In this document: positions 20,008 to 29,545 of the stretch, piece after piece
How positions within the stretch are numbered: position 1 is the first letter of the stretch
How the letters are laid out: each line of letters starts with the position of its first letter
NCBI GenBank assembly: GCA_964565505.1
Contig: CAZMFF010000003.1
Coordinates: 1,465 to 65,464, forward strand
Reading direction: 5' to 3'
From: an uncultured Acutalibacter sp.
GTDB taxonomy: Bacteria; Bacillota; Clostridia; Oscillospirales; Acutalibacteraceae
Length of the DNA: 64,000 nucleotides
The notes under the pieces: generated by a model
The model's database searches: none
What the model saw: the letters and a program-made list of their open reading frames with translations, nothing else
What the model was told of the DNA's origin: nothing
Program-made: the position numbers and the translations under genes

Positions 20008-21090
20008 TCATTCTGCCGTCTTTGAAACCTTCAGTCGGTCCTCGATTTCCGAAAAATACGCTTTAAACGCAAAAGGCAGGGCATACTCCTTTTGGAGCTC
20101 CTCCAAAGAAACCCAGATAAATCCTTCCTTATCCCCTTGCACCTGAACCCGGAACCCTGTCATTTCCCATTCCACAGGGGTAAAAATATGCTTTGCTTCG
20201 GGAAGCTTCGAAAGAGGGCCGAAGGACAGCCCCCACCCGGTCAAAGTCTGCTCCACCGCCTCTTTCTCAAGAGCTCCCGGAAGCGAGGGAAGCTCCCACA
20301 GTCCGGCCAAAAGTCCTTTGGGCGGCCTTTTTTGCAGCGCGATCCTGTACCCCTGAAAGAGCAGCAGCACCGTTTTCCGCTCTTTTTTTCGGGGCTTTTT
20401 CGGCGCTTTTACCGGAAGCTCCTTTTCCATTCCCCTCTTTCTGCCCTCACACAGCTTGGAAAGCGGACACGCCTCGCAGCGGGGCTCTCCGTTGGGAAGG
20501 CACACAGTGGCGCCCAGCTCCATCAGCGCCTGATTGAAATCCCCGGCTCTTTGGGGGATCACCGCTTCCAGCTTTTTCTGCGCCGATTTTTTGACCTGCG
20601 GCTCAGAGATATCCTGCCGGTCGCAAAGCAGGCGGGAAAGCACCCTGAGCACATTTCCGTCCACAGCGCAGACGGGCTTGTCATAGGCAATGGAGGCAAT
20701 GGCCCCCGCTGTGTAATCGCCAATACCCGGCAAAGCGCGCAGCTCCTCTACGGAGTCAGGCACCCTGCCTCCAAAGCGCTTCAGCACCTCTTTCGCACCC
20801 TTTTGCAGATTCCTGACCCGATTATAATATCCCAGCCCTTCCCAAAGCTTCAGAAGCTCCTCTTCCTGTGCCGCGCAAAGGTCCTGCAAGGTGGGAAGCG
20901 CTGAAAGAAACCGTTCAAAATACGGCTTTACCGCTTCTACACGCGTTTGCTGAAGCATGATCTCCGAAACCCAGATTCGGTAAGGGTCCCTGCTCTCCCG
21001 CCACGGCAGCACTCTGGCATGGCTGTCATACCAGGGAAGCAAAAGCCCCGGCAGTTGTTTGAGCAGGTCATATTCCGCCTTCTCCTCCAA
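20008..21090 (-). CDS. mutY: A/G-specific adenine DNA glycosylase MutY
   Basis: HhH-GPD (LPGIGDYTAGAIASIAY), Fe-S loop (CLPNGEPRCEACPLSKLC) and a NUDIX-like C-terminus. Start re-placed at TTG 21090, which has GAGAGGAG 8 nt upstream. The 47-codon track extension contains the terminator of the upstream gene. Confidence 0.85.
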   Translation of the reverse strand: MEEKAEYDLLKQLPGLLLPWYDSHARVLPWRESRDPYRIWVSEIMLQQTRVEAVKPYFERFLSALPTLQDLCAAQEEELLKLWEGLGYYNRVRNLQKGAKEVLKRFGGRVPDSVEELRALPGIGDYTAGAIASIAYDKPVCAVDGNVLRVLSRLLCDRQDISEPQVKKSAQKKLEAVIPQRAGDFNQALMELGATVCLPNGEPRCEACPLSKLCEGRKRGMEKELPVKAPKKPRKKERKTVLLLFQGYRIALQKRPPKGLLAGLWELPSLPGALEKEAVEQTLTGWGLSFGPLSKLPEAKHIFTPVEWEMTGFRVQVQGDKEGFIWVSLEELQKEYALPFAFKAYFSEIEDRLKVSKTAE

Positions 21091-21144
21091 AAAAACAGCT
21101 CCTCTCTCTTTTACGGGAAAGATTTTGTATCCTTTGGGACGTAT

Positions 21145-21179
21145 GAAAACATCCTGCCCTGAAAACACAAGGCAGGATG
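21145..21179 (-). terminator. intrinsic terminator of the lipoprotein gene
   Basis: On the minus strand CAUCCUGCC ... GGCAGGAUG is followed by UUUUC. It lies inside the over-extended mutY ORF of the track. Confidence 0.55.
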
Positions 21180-21205
21180 CGGCAGGATCGGGAAAAATCA
21201 CTTGC

Positions 21206-21727
21206 TCAGTCAGCGGTAAACTCCCGCTCACAAAGTAGATTGCCTTCCCTGTCCAGATAGCGCACTACAATTATGGGAGATTCCACGTTTACCGCCAAAG
21301 TAATCGAGTTGGCAATCATTTTAAACGTATTTTCCTGAGTGTCCAGAGCAGCATTCAACATCTCGCTGAGGCCCTCTGTCTCCACTTCCTCCAGGTACTG
21401 ATAGCTGTAAATCAGCTTATCACCCTCAACAGAGACCTCCATGTTGAGACCCTGGTCTTTCATGGTTTCCTTTAATGCCTCGATTTGTCCCTGGAAATCG
21501 CTGCTGTTGATAAAGTCGCTGATGGAATTCAATTTTCCATCTGCCGCGGGCGCAGCCTGCGAAGCGGCAGATGAGCTGTTCTCCAACGGCTCAGAAGCGC
21601 TGTTCTCTGCCTGAGAAACGGCGGAGGAACCAGGCTCTTTCCCAGAGCTGCAGGCAGCAGCGGAAAATACCATCAGACCCGCCATTGCAAGTCCTAAACA
21701 ACGAACAGACCATTTTTTCATCATCAT
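21206..21727 (-). CDS. putative lipoprotein, unknown function
   Basis: Signal peptide plus lipobox (LMVFSAAAC-SSGKE), a Ser/Ala-rich linker, then a small globular domain. Noticeably more AT-rich than its neighbours. Confidence 0.7.
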   Translation of the reverse strand: MMMKKWSVRCLGLAMAGLMVFSAAACSSGKEPGSSAVSQAENSASEPLENSSSAASQAAPAADGKLNSISDFINSSDFQGQIEALKETMKDQGLNMEVSVEGDKLIYSYQYLEEVETEGLSEMLNAALDTQENTFKMIANSITLAVNVESPIIVVRYLDREGNLLCEREFTAD

Positions 21728-21989
21728 TGCACTTTCTCCTTTTTGTCAAAAGTAAACTATACCTTTCGGCGAGAATAAGATTACTTCTTTTTTTCTTTTC
21801 TGTCAACTCTTCTTCTCTTGATACTAAAAAAAGTTTTTTCCAGAAAAGAAAAATTTTATAGCTATATTTGATAGAGAGATCTTCCTGTTTTTACCGGATA
21901 TCTAAGCTGCAAAGGCAGCCGCAAAACGCCACAAAATATTTTATGGCGGCTGCTGATTCAACACTCTTAATTCAAAGGCGGAAGACCAT

Positions 21990-22967
21990 ATGAAAAAAAT
22001 TCTCTTGATCTCTACTGGGGGCACTATCGCCTCCCGCAAAACCGAAAACGGGCTTGCTCCTGTGCTCAGCTCAAAGGAACTTCTATCCTTCCTTCCAGAT
22101 ATTTCTGCCCGCTTCTCATTGGACACTCTGTCTCTTTTCAGCGTAGACAGCACCAATATCTGCCCAGAGCACTGGCTGCTTCTGGAAAAGGCAATCGAAA
22201 GCAGATATCAGGATTATGACGGCTTCGTGATCTGTCATGGCACCGATACGCTGGCCTATACAGCATCCGCCCTTTCCTATCTCATTCAAAACACGGCAAA
22301 GCCCATTGTGCTCACCGGAGCTCAGCGCCCCATAGACGCCCAGGACACCGATGCCAAAACCAATCTGCGAGACAGCCTTTTCTATGCCTCTCAGGAGCTT
22401 TCAGGCGTGTGCATCGTATTCGGCGGCCATGTGATCTCCGGAACCCGAGCCAGAAAAATGCGCACTAAAAGCTACAACGCTTTTACAAGCCTGAATTTTC
22501 CGGAGCTTGCAGCCATCCACAGTGGGCGTATCGCCCGGTATATCCCCTTTTGGGGAACAGATTCTCCCCGGTTTTACCGCAGGCTTAACAGCCGCGTTTT
22601 CCTTTTGAAGCTCATTCCGGGAATGCCAAAAGAAGCCTTTCAGGCAGCTGGAGCGCTTTGCGACGGGCTGATCATTGAAAGCTACGGGGTGGGAGGGATC
22701 CCGGATCTGTATCTGGAAGAACTGGGAAGCTTGGTCGAAAAGGGAAAAACCGTCATTATGGCCACTCAGGTCCCGCAGGAGGGAAGCGATCTTTCCGTGT
22801 ACCGGGTAGGCCATGTGATCAAGGAAAAATACCAGCTTTTGGAAACCCTTGATATGACTCTGGAATCCACTGTGACAAAGCTGATGTGGGTTCTGGGGCA
22901 AACAGAAGACCCGGAAGAAATACGCCGGCTATTCCTGACCTCCATCAATTATGACCTGCTTTTTTAG
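21990..22967 (+). CDS. ansA: L-asparaginase, type I
   Basis: MKKILLISTGGTIAS... contains the catalytic Thr motif TGGTIA. HGTDTL is the second motif. Confidence 0.9.
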   Translation: MKKILLISTGGTIASRKTENGLAPVLSSKELLSFLPDISARFSLDTLSLFSVDSTNICPEHWLLLEKAIESRYQDYDGFVICHGTDTLAYTASALSYLIQNTAKPIVLTGAQRPIDAQDTDAKTNLRDSLFYASQELSGVCIVFGGHVISGTRARKMRTKSYNAFTSLNFPELAAIHSGRIARYIPFWGTDSPRFYRRLNSRVFLLKLIPGMPKEAFQAAGALCDGLIIESYGVGGIPDLYLEELGSLVEKGKTVIMATQVPQEGSDLSVYRVGHVIKEKYQLLETLDMTLESTVTKLMWVLGQTEDPEEIRRLFLTSINYDLLF

Positions 22968-22991
22968 AGGGCAATTTCTCTCCTTCTTTTC

Positions 22992-23020
22992 TTGTCAAAA
23001 AGGGAGAAGTATTGTATAAT
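22992..23020 (+). promoter_or_regulatory. sigma-A type promoter for the AsrC-like/ABC importer operon
   Basis: TTGTCA (22992-22997), a 17-nt spacer, then TATAAT (23015-23020). Confidence 0.5.
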
Positions 23021-23071
23021 TTTCAACAGCAAAAAAGAGGAAACCCTCTTTTAAAAAGGAGTTTAAAAGCC

Positions 23072-24004
23072 ATGGCAAATTTAACACCTGCACAGATTGC
23101 GGAAGTAAAGGCAAAAGGATTCCTGCGCAATCGCGGCACAGATCGATTTTCCGGCCGCATTGTTCCCAGAGGGACCGTATTTTCCGCTGAAGAGCTGCAA
23201 GCTGTCGCCGACCTTGCAAAAAAATATGGCAATGGAAAAATAGCATTTACCTCCCGGCTCACTGCGGAGATCATTGGGATCCCCTTTGAAAGCATCCCTG
23301 CCGCCATCTCCGAAGCACAGGCAAACGGTCTCTTTTTCGGAGGCACGGGCAGTAAGATCCGCCCCGTTACCGCCTGCAAGGGAACCACATGCGTTTTCGG
23401 AAATTTTGACACGCAGGCTCTGGCCGAAAAGATCCATGACGCCTATTATTTGGGCTGGAAGGATGTTCCTCTGCCTCACAAATTTAAAATCGCGGTGGGC
23501 GGATGTCCCAACAGCTGCATGAAACCCAGTTTGAATGATTTCGGCATAGAGGGCCGCCGTGCCCCTCGCTTTCTCTCTGACGCCTGCAAGGGCTGCAAGG
23601 TATGTCAGATTGAAAAGGTCTGTCCCCTGAAAGCCGCTTCTCTGCAGGAGGGAAAGCTCTTTATTGACGAAGAGCTTTGCAAAACCTGCGGTGTGTGTCT
23701 TGGAAAATGCCCCTTTGGAGCGGTGCCTGAGCACAATGAGACCCTCTACCAGATCTACGTGGGGGGAACCTGGGGAAAAACCACCCGCATGGGCACTCCT
23801 CTTTCCCGTCTGGTAGCAGAGGAAGAGGTGCTCCCCCTGTTGGAAAAGACCCTGCTTTGGTTTAAGGAAAACGCTTATCAGAAGGAGCGCCTGGGGAAAG
23901 CCATCGACCGTCTCGGGAAAGACGCTTTGGAAAAGGCGCTTTTCTCCGACGACCTGCTCCTGCACAAGGAAGAGATCCTCAGCAAGGAGATCCTGCAAAG
24001 ATGA
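23072..24004 (+). CDS. stand-alone AsrC-like nitrite/sulfite-reductase-domain protein with an inserted 2x[4Fe-4S] ferredoxin domain
   Basis: Siroheme/Fe-S coupling cysteines (TACKGTTC ... GGCPNSCMKP) and two CxxCxxC-type ferredoxin motifs (CKGCKVCQIEKVCP, CKTCGVCLGKCP). ATG 23072 follows AAAAGGAG. The stop overlaps the next start (ATGA). Confidence 0.75.
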   Translation: MANLTPAQIAEVKAKGFLRNRGTDRFSGRIVPRGTVFSAEELQAVADLAKKYGNGKIAFTSRLTAEIIGIPFESIPAAISEAQANGLFFGGTGSKIRPVTACKGTTCVFGNFDTQALAEKIHDAYYLGWKDVPLPHKFKIAVGGCPNSCMKPSLNDFGIEGRRAPRFLSDACKGCKVCQIEKVCPLKAASLQEGKLFIDEELCKTCGVCLGKCPFGAVPEHNETLYQIYVGGTWGKTTRMGTPLSRLVAEEEVLPLLEKTLLWFKENAYQKERLGKAIDRLGKDALEKALFSDDLLLHKEEILSKEILQR

Positions 24005-24972
24005 AGCGAATCCTTTCCTTTCTTTTCTCTCTTCTGCTTCTGAGCGGGTGCGCTTCCTCCGAGGATCCGTCCTCAAAAGCGGATAGGGAAATTTCCTCTT
24101 CAAAAGCTTCTTCAGAGAGCAAAGCCTCCGTTTCTTTTACCGATTCCACCGGCGCCGTGATTGAGGTTTCCCCCTCTCCTTGCGCCGTTTCCCTCTACAG
24201 CTCCTATGCCCAGGCCTGGCTGCTTGCCGGAGGCAAGCTTTCAGGGGTTACCGAAGACGCTGTCAAGGAACGGGATCTCTCTCTTCCTGAGGAAGCGGCT
24301 ATCATAGGCACTGTAAAGGATCCCAACGCGGAGAAAATCATCGCGCTGGAGCCGGAGCTTGCGCTATTGTCCCTGGATATCGCCTCACACAAGGAGATCG
24401 GCTCCATTTTGGAAAGTGCCGGGATCCCCTGCGCCTATTTTCGGGTGGACACCTTTGAGGATTACGCCTTTATGATGGAGCAGTTCTGCCGGATCACTGA
24501 AAATAAAAGCTGCTACGAAGAATCTGTTGTAAAGGTAAAACAGCAGATCGAGGACATCAAAGAGAAGACGTCCGCCTCCTCAGATTATCCCAGGGTCCTG
24601 CTGATGCGGGCCTTTTCCACCGGCATCAAGGCAAAGACAGACGATGAGCTTGCCGGAGCGATCTTAAAGGATCTGGGCTGTGAAAATATTGCAGACGACC
24701 ATCCCTCTATGCTGGAAGACCTCAGCCTGGAAGAGGTGATTCTGGAGGATCCGGAATTTATTTTCGTCACCACCATGGGCGATGAGGGAAAAGCTCTGGA
24801 ATACCTGGAATCCACCTCCGGACAGAATCCTGCCTGGGCCGGGCTTTCCGCAGTAAAAAACGACCGCTATATCATATTGCCGAAAGACCTTTTTCACTAT
24901 AAACCAAACGACAAATGGGGAGAAAGCTATGAGTATCTTGCGAAAATCCTCTACCCGGAGCTTTTTCCGTAA
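24001..24972 (+). CDS. ABC substrate-binding lipoprotein, FecB/BtuF (iron-chelate/corrinoid) type
   Basis: Lipobox LLLLSGC-ASS, followed by a periplasmic-binding-protein class 8-like sequence. Confidence 0.85.
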   Translation: MKRILSFLFSLLLLSGCASSEDPSSKADREISSSKASSESKASVSFTDSTGAVIEVSPSPCAVSLYSSYAQAWLLAGGKLSGVTEDAVKERDLSLPEEAAIIGTVKDPNAEKIIALEPELALLSLDIASHKEIGSILESAGIPCAYFRVDTFEDYAFMMEQFCRITENKSCYEESVVKVKQQIEDIKEKTSASSDYPRVLLMRAFSTGIKAKTDDELAGAILKDLGCENIADDHPSMLEDLSLEEVILEDPEFIFVTTMGDEGKALEYLESTSGQNPAWAGLSAVKNDRYIILPKDLFHYKPNDKWGESYEYLAKILYPELFP

Positions 24973-25972
24973 AGACCGGCAGGGCCTGAAGCTGAGCCTG
25001 TTAGTGCTCTTTCTGCTGATCTGTATTCTGCTTGGTCTTTGGGGCGGGTCCACAAGGCTTTCGCTTTTTGAGACCTGCCTTTCTGTTTTGCAGGGAGATC
25101 GGTCCTCTCCTGAATCAAAGATCCTTCTCTACGTCCGCCTGCCGAGAGTATGCGCCTCCCTGCTTTCCGGAGCGGCCTTAGCCGCAAGCGGCGTGCTGAT
25201 TCAGGCGGTGCTCCAAAATCCCATGGCCTCTCCCAATGTGATCGGAGTAAACGCGGGAGCCGGATTCTTTACCTTTTTAACTCTTGCCCTGTTTCCTTCC
25301 CATCTGGCCTTTGCCCCTGTGGGAGCTTTTCTGGGAGCTCTGCTGGCGGCGCTGCTGGTGTATGGGGCCGCCTCTATTGCCGGGGCGGGAAAGCTTACCA
25401 TCATTCTTTCCGGGGTGGCGATCAGCAGTATGTTCACCGCCGGCATCAATTTTATCAAAACCATTTCTCCGGAAAGCCTTTATAACGGCAGCTCCTTTTT
25501 GATTGGCGGGTTTTCCGGGGTCTCCTTTCGGGATCTCTCCCCCGCTTTCCTGTTGATTTTGCTGAGCATCCTTTTAGCCCTGTTCTTTTCTCCCCATGCC
25601 GACCTGTTAGCCTTAGGAGATGAAAGCGCCCAAAGTCTGGGCATAAATGTGAAGCTATCTCGCTTTACACTCATTCTTCTCGCCTGCCTTTTGGCAGGCA
25701 GCGCTGTCAGCTTTTCCGGGCTTCTGGGTTTTGTGGGGCTCATTGTGCCCCATATCGTCCGAAGGCTTTTCGGCGTTTACCACCGGATCCTTCTCCCGGC
25801 CAGCTGCCTGTTCGGGGCAGGCCTTGTCACCCTGTGCGATCTTCTCAGCCGTCTGCTGTTTTCCCCCTATGAGATCCCTGTGGGGATCCTGCTCTCCCTT
25901 TTGGGCGGGCCATTCTTCCTGTTTCTCCTTTTGAAGCGTCCAAAGAGAAGAAGGGAGGGAAATTTCCGGTGA
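24929..25972 (+). CDS. FecCD/BtuC-family ABC permease
   Basis: About 9-10 TM, with RLPRV..ALLSGAALA.SG.L.Q....NP.ASP...G motifs typical of FecCD. Confidence 0.87.
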   Translation: MSILRKSSTRSFFRKDRQGLKLSLLVLFLLICILLGLWGGSTRLSLFETCLSVLQGDRSSPESKILLYVRLPRVCASLLSGAALAASGVLIQAVLQNPMASPNVIGVNAGAGFFTFLTLALFPSHLAFAPVGAFLGALLAALLVYGAASIAGAGKLTIILSGVAISSMFTAGINFIKTISPESLYNGSSFLIGGFSGVSFRDLSPAFLLILLSILLALFFSPHADLLALGDESAQSLGINVKLSRFTLILLACLLAGSAVSFSGLLGFVGLIVPHIVRRLFGVYHRILLPASCLFGAGLVTLCDLLSRLLFSPYEIPVGILLSLLGGPFFLFLLLKRPKRRREGNFR

Positions 25973-26733
25973 TCGAGATCAGAAAGCTTTCTGCCGGATA
26001 TCGGGGCGATCCTGTTTTGAAGGATCTCACCCTATCCTTTCCCAAGGGGAAGATTTCCACTTTGATCGGGCCCAACGGCTGTGGGAAATCCACGCTTTTG
26101 AAAACCATGTGCGCCCTGCTGCCCCGGATGTCCGGGGAGCTTCTCTATGACGGAAAGCCCCTCTCTCAATTCAGCCGCCGGGAATTTTCAAAGCTTTGCG
26201 CCGTGCTTCCCCAATCGAGAAATATACCTGCCCTGAGAGCCATGGAGCTTGTAGCCCACGGCCGGTATCCCCATCTCTCCTTTTCCCGGAACCTCAGGGA
26301 AAAGGACTGGGAAAAGGTGGAGGCCGCCATGGAAAAAACCGGAACTCTCGCCTTAAAGGACAGGCTGCTCTCCTCTCTTTCCGGAGGAGAGAGGCAGCGG
26401 GTCTATCTTGCCATGACTCTTGCGCAGGACACGCCGGTCCTGTTTCTGGACGAGCCCACCACCTATCTGGACATTGGGCAGAAATATGAGATCCTGGAGC
26501 TGGTAAAAGGCATCTGCGAGGAGGGGAAAACCATTGTCATGGTGCTGCACGATTTACCTCTCGCCTTCTCCTACAGCGATGTGATCACCGTTTTGGAGCA
26601 GGGAAAGGCGCTTTGTCAGGGGCCCTGCCGGGAGGTATTCGATCAAAAAATCGCCGACCGGGTGTTTGGAGTATCCTCTGAAAAAGTCACTGTGCGGGGA
26701 CATACGGAATATCTCTTTTTTAAGGCGCCCTAG
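25969..26733 (+). CDS. ABC ATP-binding protein (FecE/BtuD type)
   Basis: Walker A GPNGCGKST, signature LSGGERQRV, Walker B LFLDEPT. Its start overlaps the permease stop. Confidence 0.9.
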   Translation: MIEIRKLSAGYRGDPVLKDLTLSFPKGKISTLIGPNGCGKSTLLKTMCALLPRMSGELLYDGKPLSQFSRREFSKLCAVLPQSRNIPALRAMELVAHGRYPHLSFSRNLREKDWEKVEAAMEKTGTLALKDRLLSSLSGGERQRVYLAMTLAQDTPVLFLDEPTTYLDIGQKYEILELVKGICEEGKTIVMVLHDLPLAFSYSDVITVLEQGKALCQGPCREVFDQKIADRVFGVSSEKVTVRGHTEYLFFKAP

Positions 26734-26741
26734 AATACGTT

Positions 26742-26780
26742 AAACCGCCGGTGGAAGCAGCTTCCACCGGCGGTTTTTTC
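26742..26780. terminator. bidirectional intrinsic terminator
   Basis: AAACCGCCGGUGGAAG-cag-CUUCCACCGGCGGUUUUUU, a 16-bp perfect stem between convergent genes. Confidence 0.85.
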
Positions 26781-26790
26781 CATCGAAAAA

Positions 26791-28653
26791 TTATTCCTTA
26801 AAGTAATTGCATTTTAAAAGGTCCCAGGAGGCGTTCATGCGCTCCTGCACCTCGCTGGTACGCTCCTGCATTTCAGAGGTGAGCGTCCCGCTCCCGGAAT
26901 AATAGGTCTTTCCGTCATACCAGCCGTAATTGGGAAAGATCACATATCCTCCCTGATCTCCGAAAATATCATCTCCCGCATAATACCGGCAATCCGCAGA
27001 AAGGCCGAACAGATTCACCAGCGTTGGCATCATGTCCATGGTGGAGGTGTATTTCTCCACCTTTTGGGGCTTGATCCCCTCGGTATAGAGGAAGAAAGGC
27101 GTGCGGTAAAGCTCCGGCGAGCCCTCTTCCACACCCTTGATCTCACAGAGAAAGCTCTTGTCTGTCATGTATTTTCCATAGTGATCTGTATAAAACAGCA
27201 GCACGGTATCCTTAAGCCTGTCCTCTTTCTGAAGCCTTTCCAGCAGCTCTCCCACAAAGGCGTCCGTCTCCATCGCGTGAGCCACCGCTCTGGTATATTC
27301 CTCCATATTTTCCCGGCTTCCGGTAACGCCGGACTTCTCTACAGCCGCCTTTGCCGCCTTCAGATGCGGGCCGGCGATATTGTCAAATTCCGAGGTGTAA
27401 GGGCCGTGGCCGGAATAAGTGATGATATAGGAATAAAAGAGCCCATTGGGAACGATCTGGTCATAGCCGTTGATCATCTGGCTGTCCAGCATGGGGTCCT
27501 CCATTCCCATGTCCTTGTAGCTGTGATAGCTTTCGAAGCCCAGATTTGTGTGAATAGAGCCCCGGCTGTAAATGGAGGGGTTGGACGAGTGAAAGGAATT
27601 GGCCGAATAGCCCTTCTCCCGAAACAGACTGGGAAGAGATAGCGGAAAGCTATTGGTGGAATAGGCACTGCTGGGGAGCCCCGCCACCGCGGGGATCTGC
27701 CCGGTCAGAGAGAGGATCTCTGTGTTGAAGGTGCCTGCGGAGAGATAGAGCGGCGTATAATGGTGGGAAAAATCAATGCTTTTTTGCTGCAAAGCATATA
27801 AGTTCGGCATATACTCTTTCGTTACCATCCAGGTATCCATGGATTCCAGCATCACCATGATAAGGTTTTTTCCCTCAAAAGCCCCAGTCATCTCATTTTC
27901 TCCGCTCAGCTGCCGCGCCTCATAGTATTCTGTGAGCCGGTCCTTGTCCCGGGTATTTTCCCCGATCCCAAACGCTTTCATAAAATTCCGGAAGGTGTAC
28001 TGGTAAATTCCGGTCAGCATCATGGAGCGATTGGTATTGGTAAATTCCGAGTAGACCACTGTCTCATCCGCAGGGTCATAGGTATTGCCCCACCACATGG
28101 AATCACCCTTGGGCTCAAGGGCCAAGTGCATGGAAAAAAGAGGGATCAGCGACACAAGGACTGCCGACAGGGCCGCAGACCTACGCAGGATCCTCTGTCT
28201 CTTTTCCGGAAACCTTTCCGGAACCAAAAAGGCGGCACAGGCCATCATCAAAATAGAGATCAGAAGAAACAGAAGGAATCCCTTTCGGAAGCTCAGGTAG
28301 CTCCAGCTGAAAAATTTCGCGCCGTCTCCGGCGAAATTCATATCCGAAAAGGTGAAGAAATTTCCGAAAATGCGGTACATGGCCCCATGCACCAGGGTCA
28401 GAATAGAAAACAGCCCATGAAGCGTTATCATGGTGATGCGCCGGGCAAGCCGCGGCAAAAGAGTCGTCAGCCCGGAAAGCAGAAGGGACCACCCCAAACT
28501 AAACAGCATCGGGCGGGAAGAACGCACCGGCGTACTCCCGGAAAACCGATAGAAATAACGAAAGGAAAGATCTAAAAGAAAAAAGCTCATGACGCACAGC
28601 GGAAAGCTCAGCGGCCAAAGCTTTTTCAGCCTCCCTAAAATTTTCTCCTTCAC
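26791..28653 (-). CDS. LTA synthase family protein (5-TM N-terminus plus extracellular sulfatase-fold domain)
   Basis: 620 aa. Hydrophobic N-terminal third, followed by MVMLESMDTW and other alkaline-phosphatase-superfamily motifs. Confidence 0.8.
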   Translation of the reverse strand: MKEKILGRLKKLWPLSFPLCVMSFFLLDLSFRYFYRFSGSTPVRSSRPMLFSLGWSLLLSGLTTLLPRLARRITMITLHGLFSILTLVHGAMYRIFGNFFTFSDMNFAGDGAKFFSWSYLSFRKGFLLFLLISILMMACAAFLVPERFPEKRQRILRRSAALSAVLVSLIPLFSMHLALEPKGDSMWWGNTYDPADETVVYSEFTNTNRSMMLTGIYQYTFRNFMKAFGIGENTRDKDRLTEYYEARQLSGENEMTGAFEGKNLIMVMLESMDTWMVTKEYMPNLYALQQKSIDFSHHYTPLYLSAGTFNTEILSLTGQIPAVAGLPSSAYSTNSFPLSLPSLFREKGYSANSFHSSNPSIYSRGSIHTNLGFESYHSYKDMGMEDPMLDSQMINGYDQIVPNGLFYSYIITYSGHGPYTSEFDNIAGPHLKAAKAAVEKSGVTGSRENMEEYTRAVAHAMETDAFVGELLERLQKEDRLKDTVLLFYTDHYGKYMTDKSFLCEIKGVEEGSPELYRTPFFLYTEGIKPQKVEKYTSTMDMMPTLVNLFGLSADCRYYAGDDIFGDQGGYVIFPNYGWYDGKTYYSGSGTLTSEMQERTSEVQERMNASWDLLKCNYFKE

Positions 28654-28683
28654 CCTTGATTCCCTCTTCCCTTTTCATCTGTC

Positions 28684-29535
28684 TCAAGCGTCCTGTACGC
28701 AAGGGGCTGTCAGAAAAAGCTGTCCCTTGCCCTCCAGAAGGGAGAGGCACTTTCTGGCAGCCCTTCCGGTATCAAAAATTCCATATACGGCAGAGCCGCT
28801 TCCCGTCATCATGGCTCCCAGCGCTCCCGCCGACAACATGATCTTCTTGATTTCCCGCACCTTGGAAAGCTTCATCACCTCGTCGAAGCGGTTTCCGAGA
28901 GTCCGGGAGATCTCCGGGAGACTTCCCCCGTTCAACGCCTCCACCATTTTAGGAGTAAAGCGGCGTCCGGAAAGGGGATACTGGTCGATCAGCGCGTAAG
29001 CCCGGGGCGTGCTCATCCCGGCCGGCGGCTTGCAGATGAGAATACTGCACCGGGGAAGAGAGGGGACAGCCGTCAGCTTTTCTCCTACGCCCCGGCACCT
29101 TTTCGCCCCTCCCATCACACAGAAGGGAACATCCGCGCCAATCTCGCCTCCCAATTCGGCAAGGCTCTCCAAAGAAAGCTTCGTGTCAAATAACAGATTC
29201 AGGCCCTTTAAAACCGCGGCGGCGTCGGCGCTTCCCCCACCCAGACCGGCCCTGCTGGGAATCCGCTTCTCAATAAAAAGAGAAACCCCTTCCTTTTCCA
29301 GACCGCAGCGTGCAAGAAAAAGCTGCGCCGCCCGGTAGGCGGTATTGCGCCTGTCTGACGGGAGATAGCTTTCGCTACATTTGAGGAGGATACCTGGCGT
29401 AGCCTTTCGGATCAGCTCTACCTGATCGAAAAGAGACACTGTGTGCATCACTGTGTCCAGCAGATGGTACCCGTCCTCCCGTTTGCCCGTCACGTCCAGG
29501 GTCAGATTAATTTTTGCGCAGGCCTTGATTTTCAT
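28684..29535 (-). CDS. ispE: 4-diphosphocytidyl-2-C-methyl-D-erythritol kinase
   Basis: MKIKACAKINLTLDVTGKREDGYHLLDTVM, with the GHMP kinase loop PSRAGLGGGSADAAA. Confidence 0.92.
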   Translation of the reverse strand: MKIKACAKINLTLDVTGKREDGYHLLDTVMHTVSLFDQVELIRKATPGILLKCSESYLPSDRRNTAYRAAQLFLARCGLEKEGVSLFIEKRIPSRAGLGGGSADAAAVLKGLNLLFDTKLSLESLAELGGEIGADVPFCVMGGAKRCRGVGEKLTAVPSLPRCSILICKPPAGMSTPRAYALIDQYPLSGRRFTPKMVEALNGGSLPEISRTLGNRFDEVMKLSKVREIKKIMLSAGALGAMMTGSGSAVYGIFDTGRAARKCLSLLEGKGQLFLTAPCVQDA

Positions 29536-29545
29536 AGCATCCCTC

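Noticed and set aside
22968-23071. Cobalamin riboswitch upstream of the BtuF/FecB-like importer operon.
   Set aside because: Only about 50 nt lie between the predicted transcription start and the start codon. No B12-box-like sequence is visible, and the only structure is a 6-bp hairpin.
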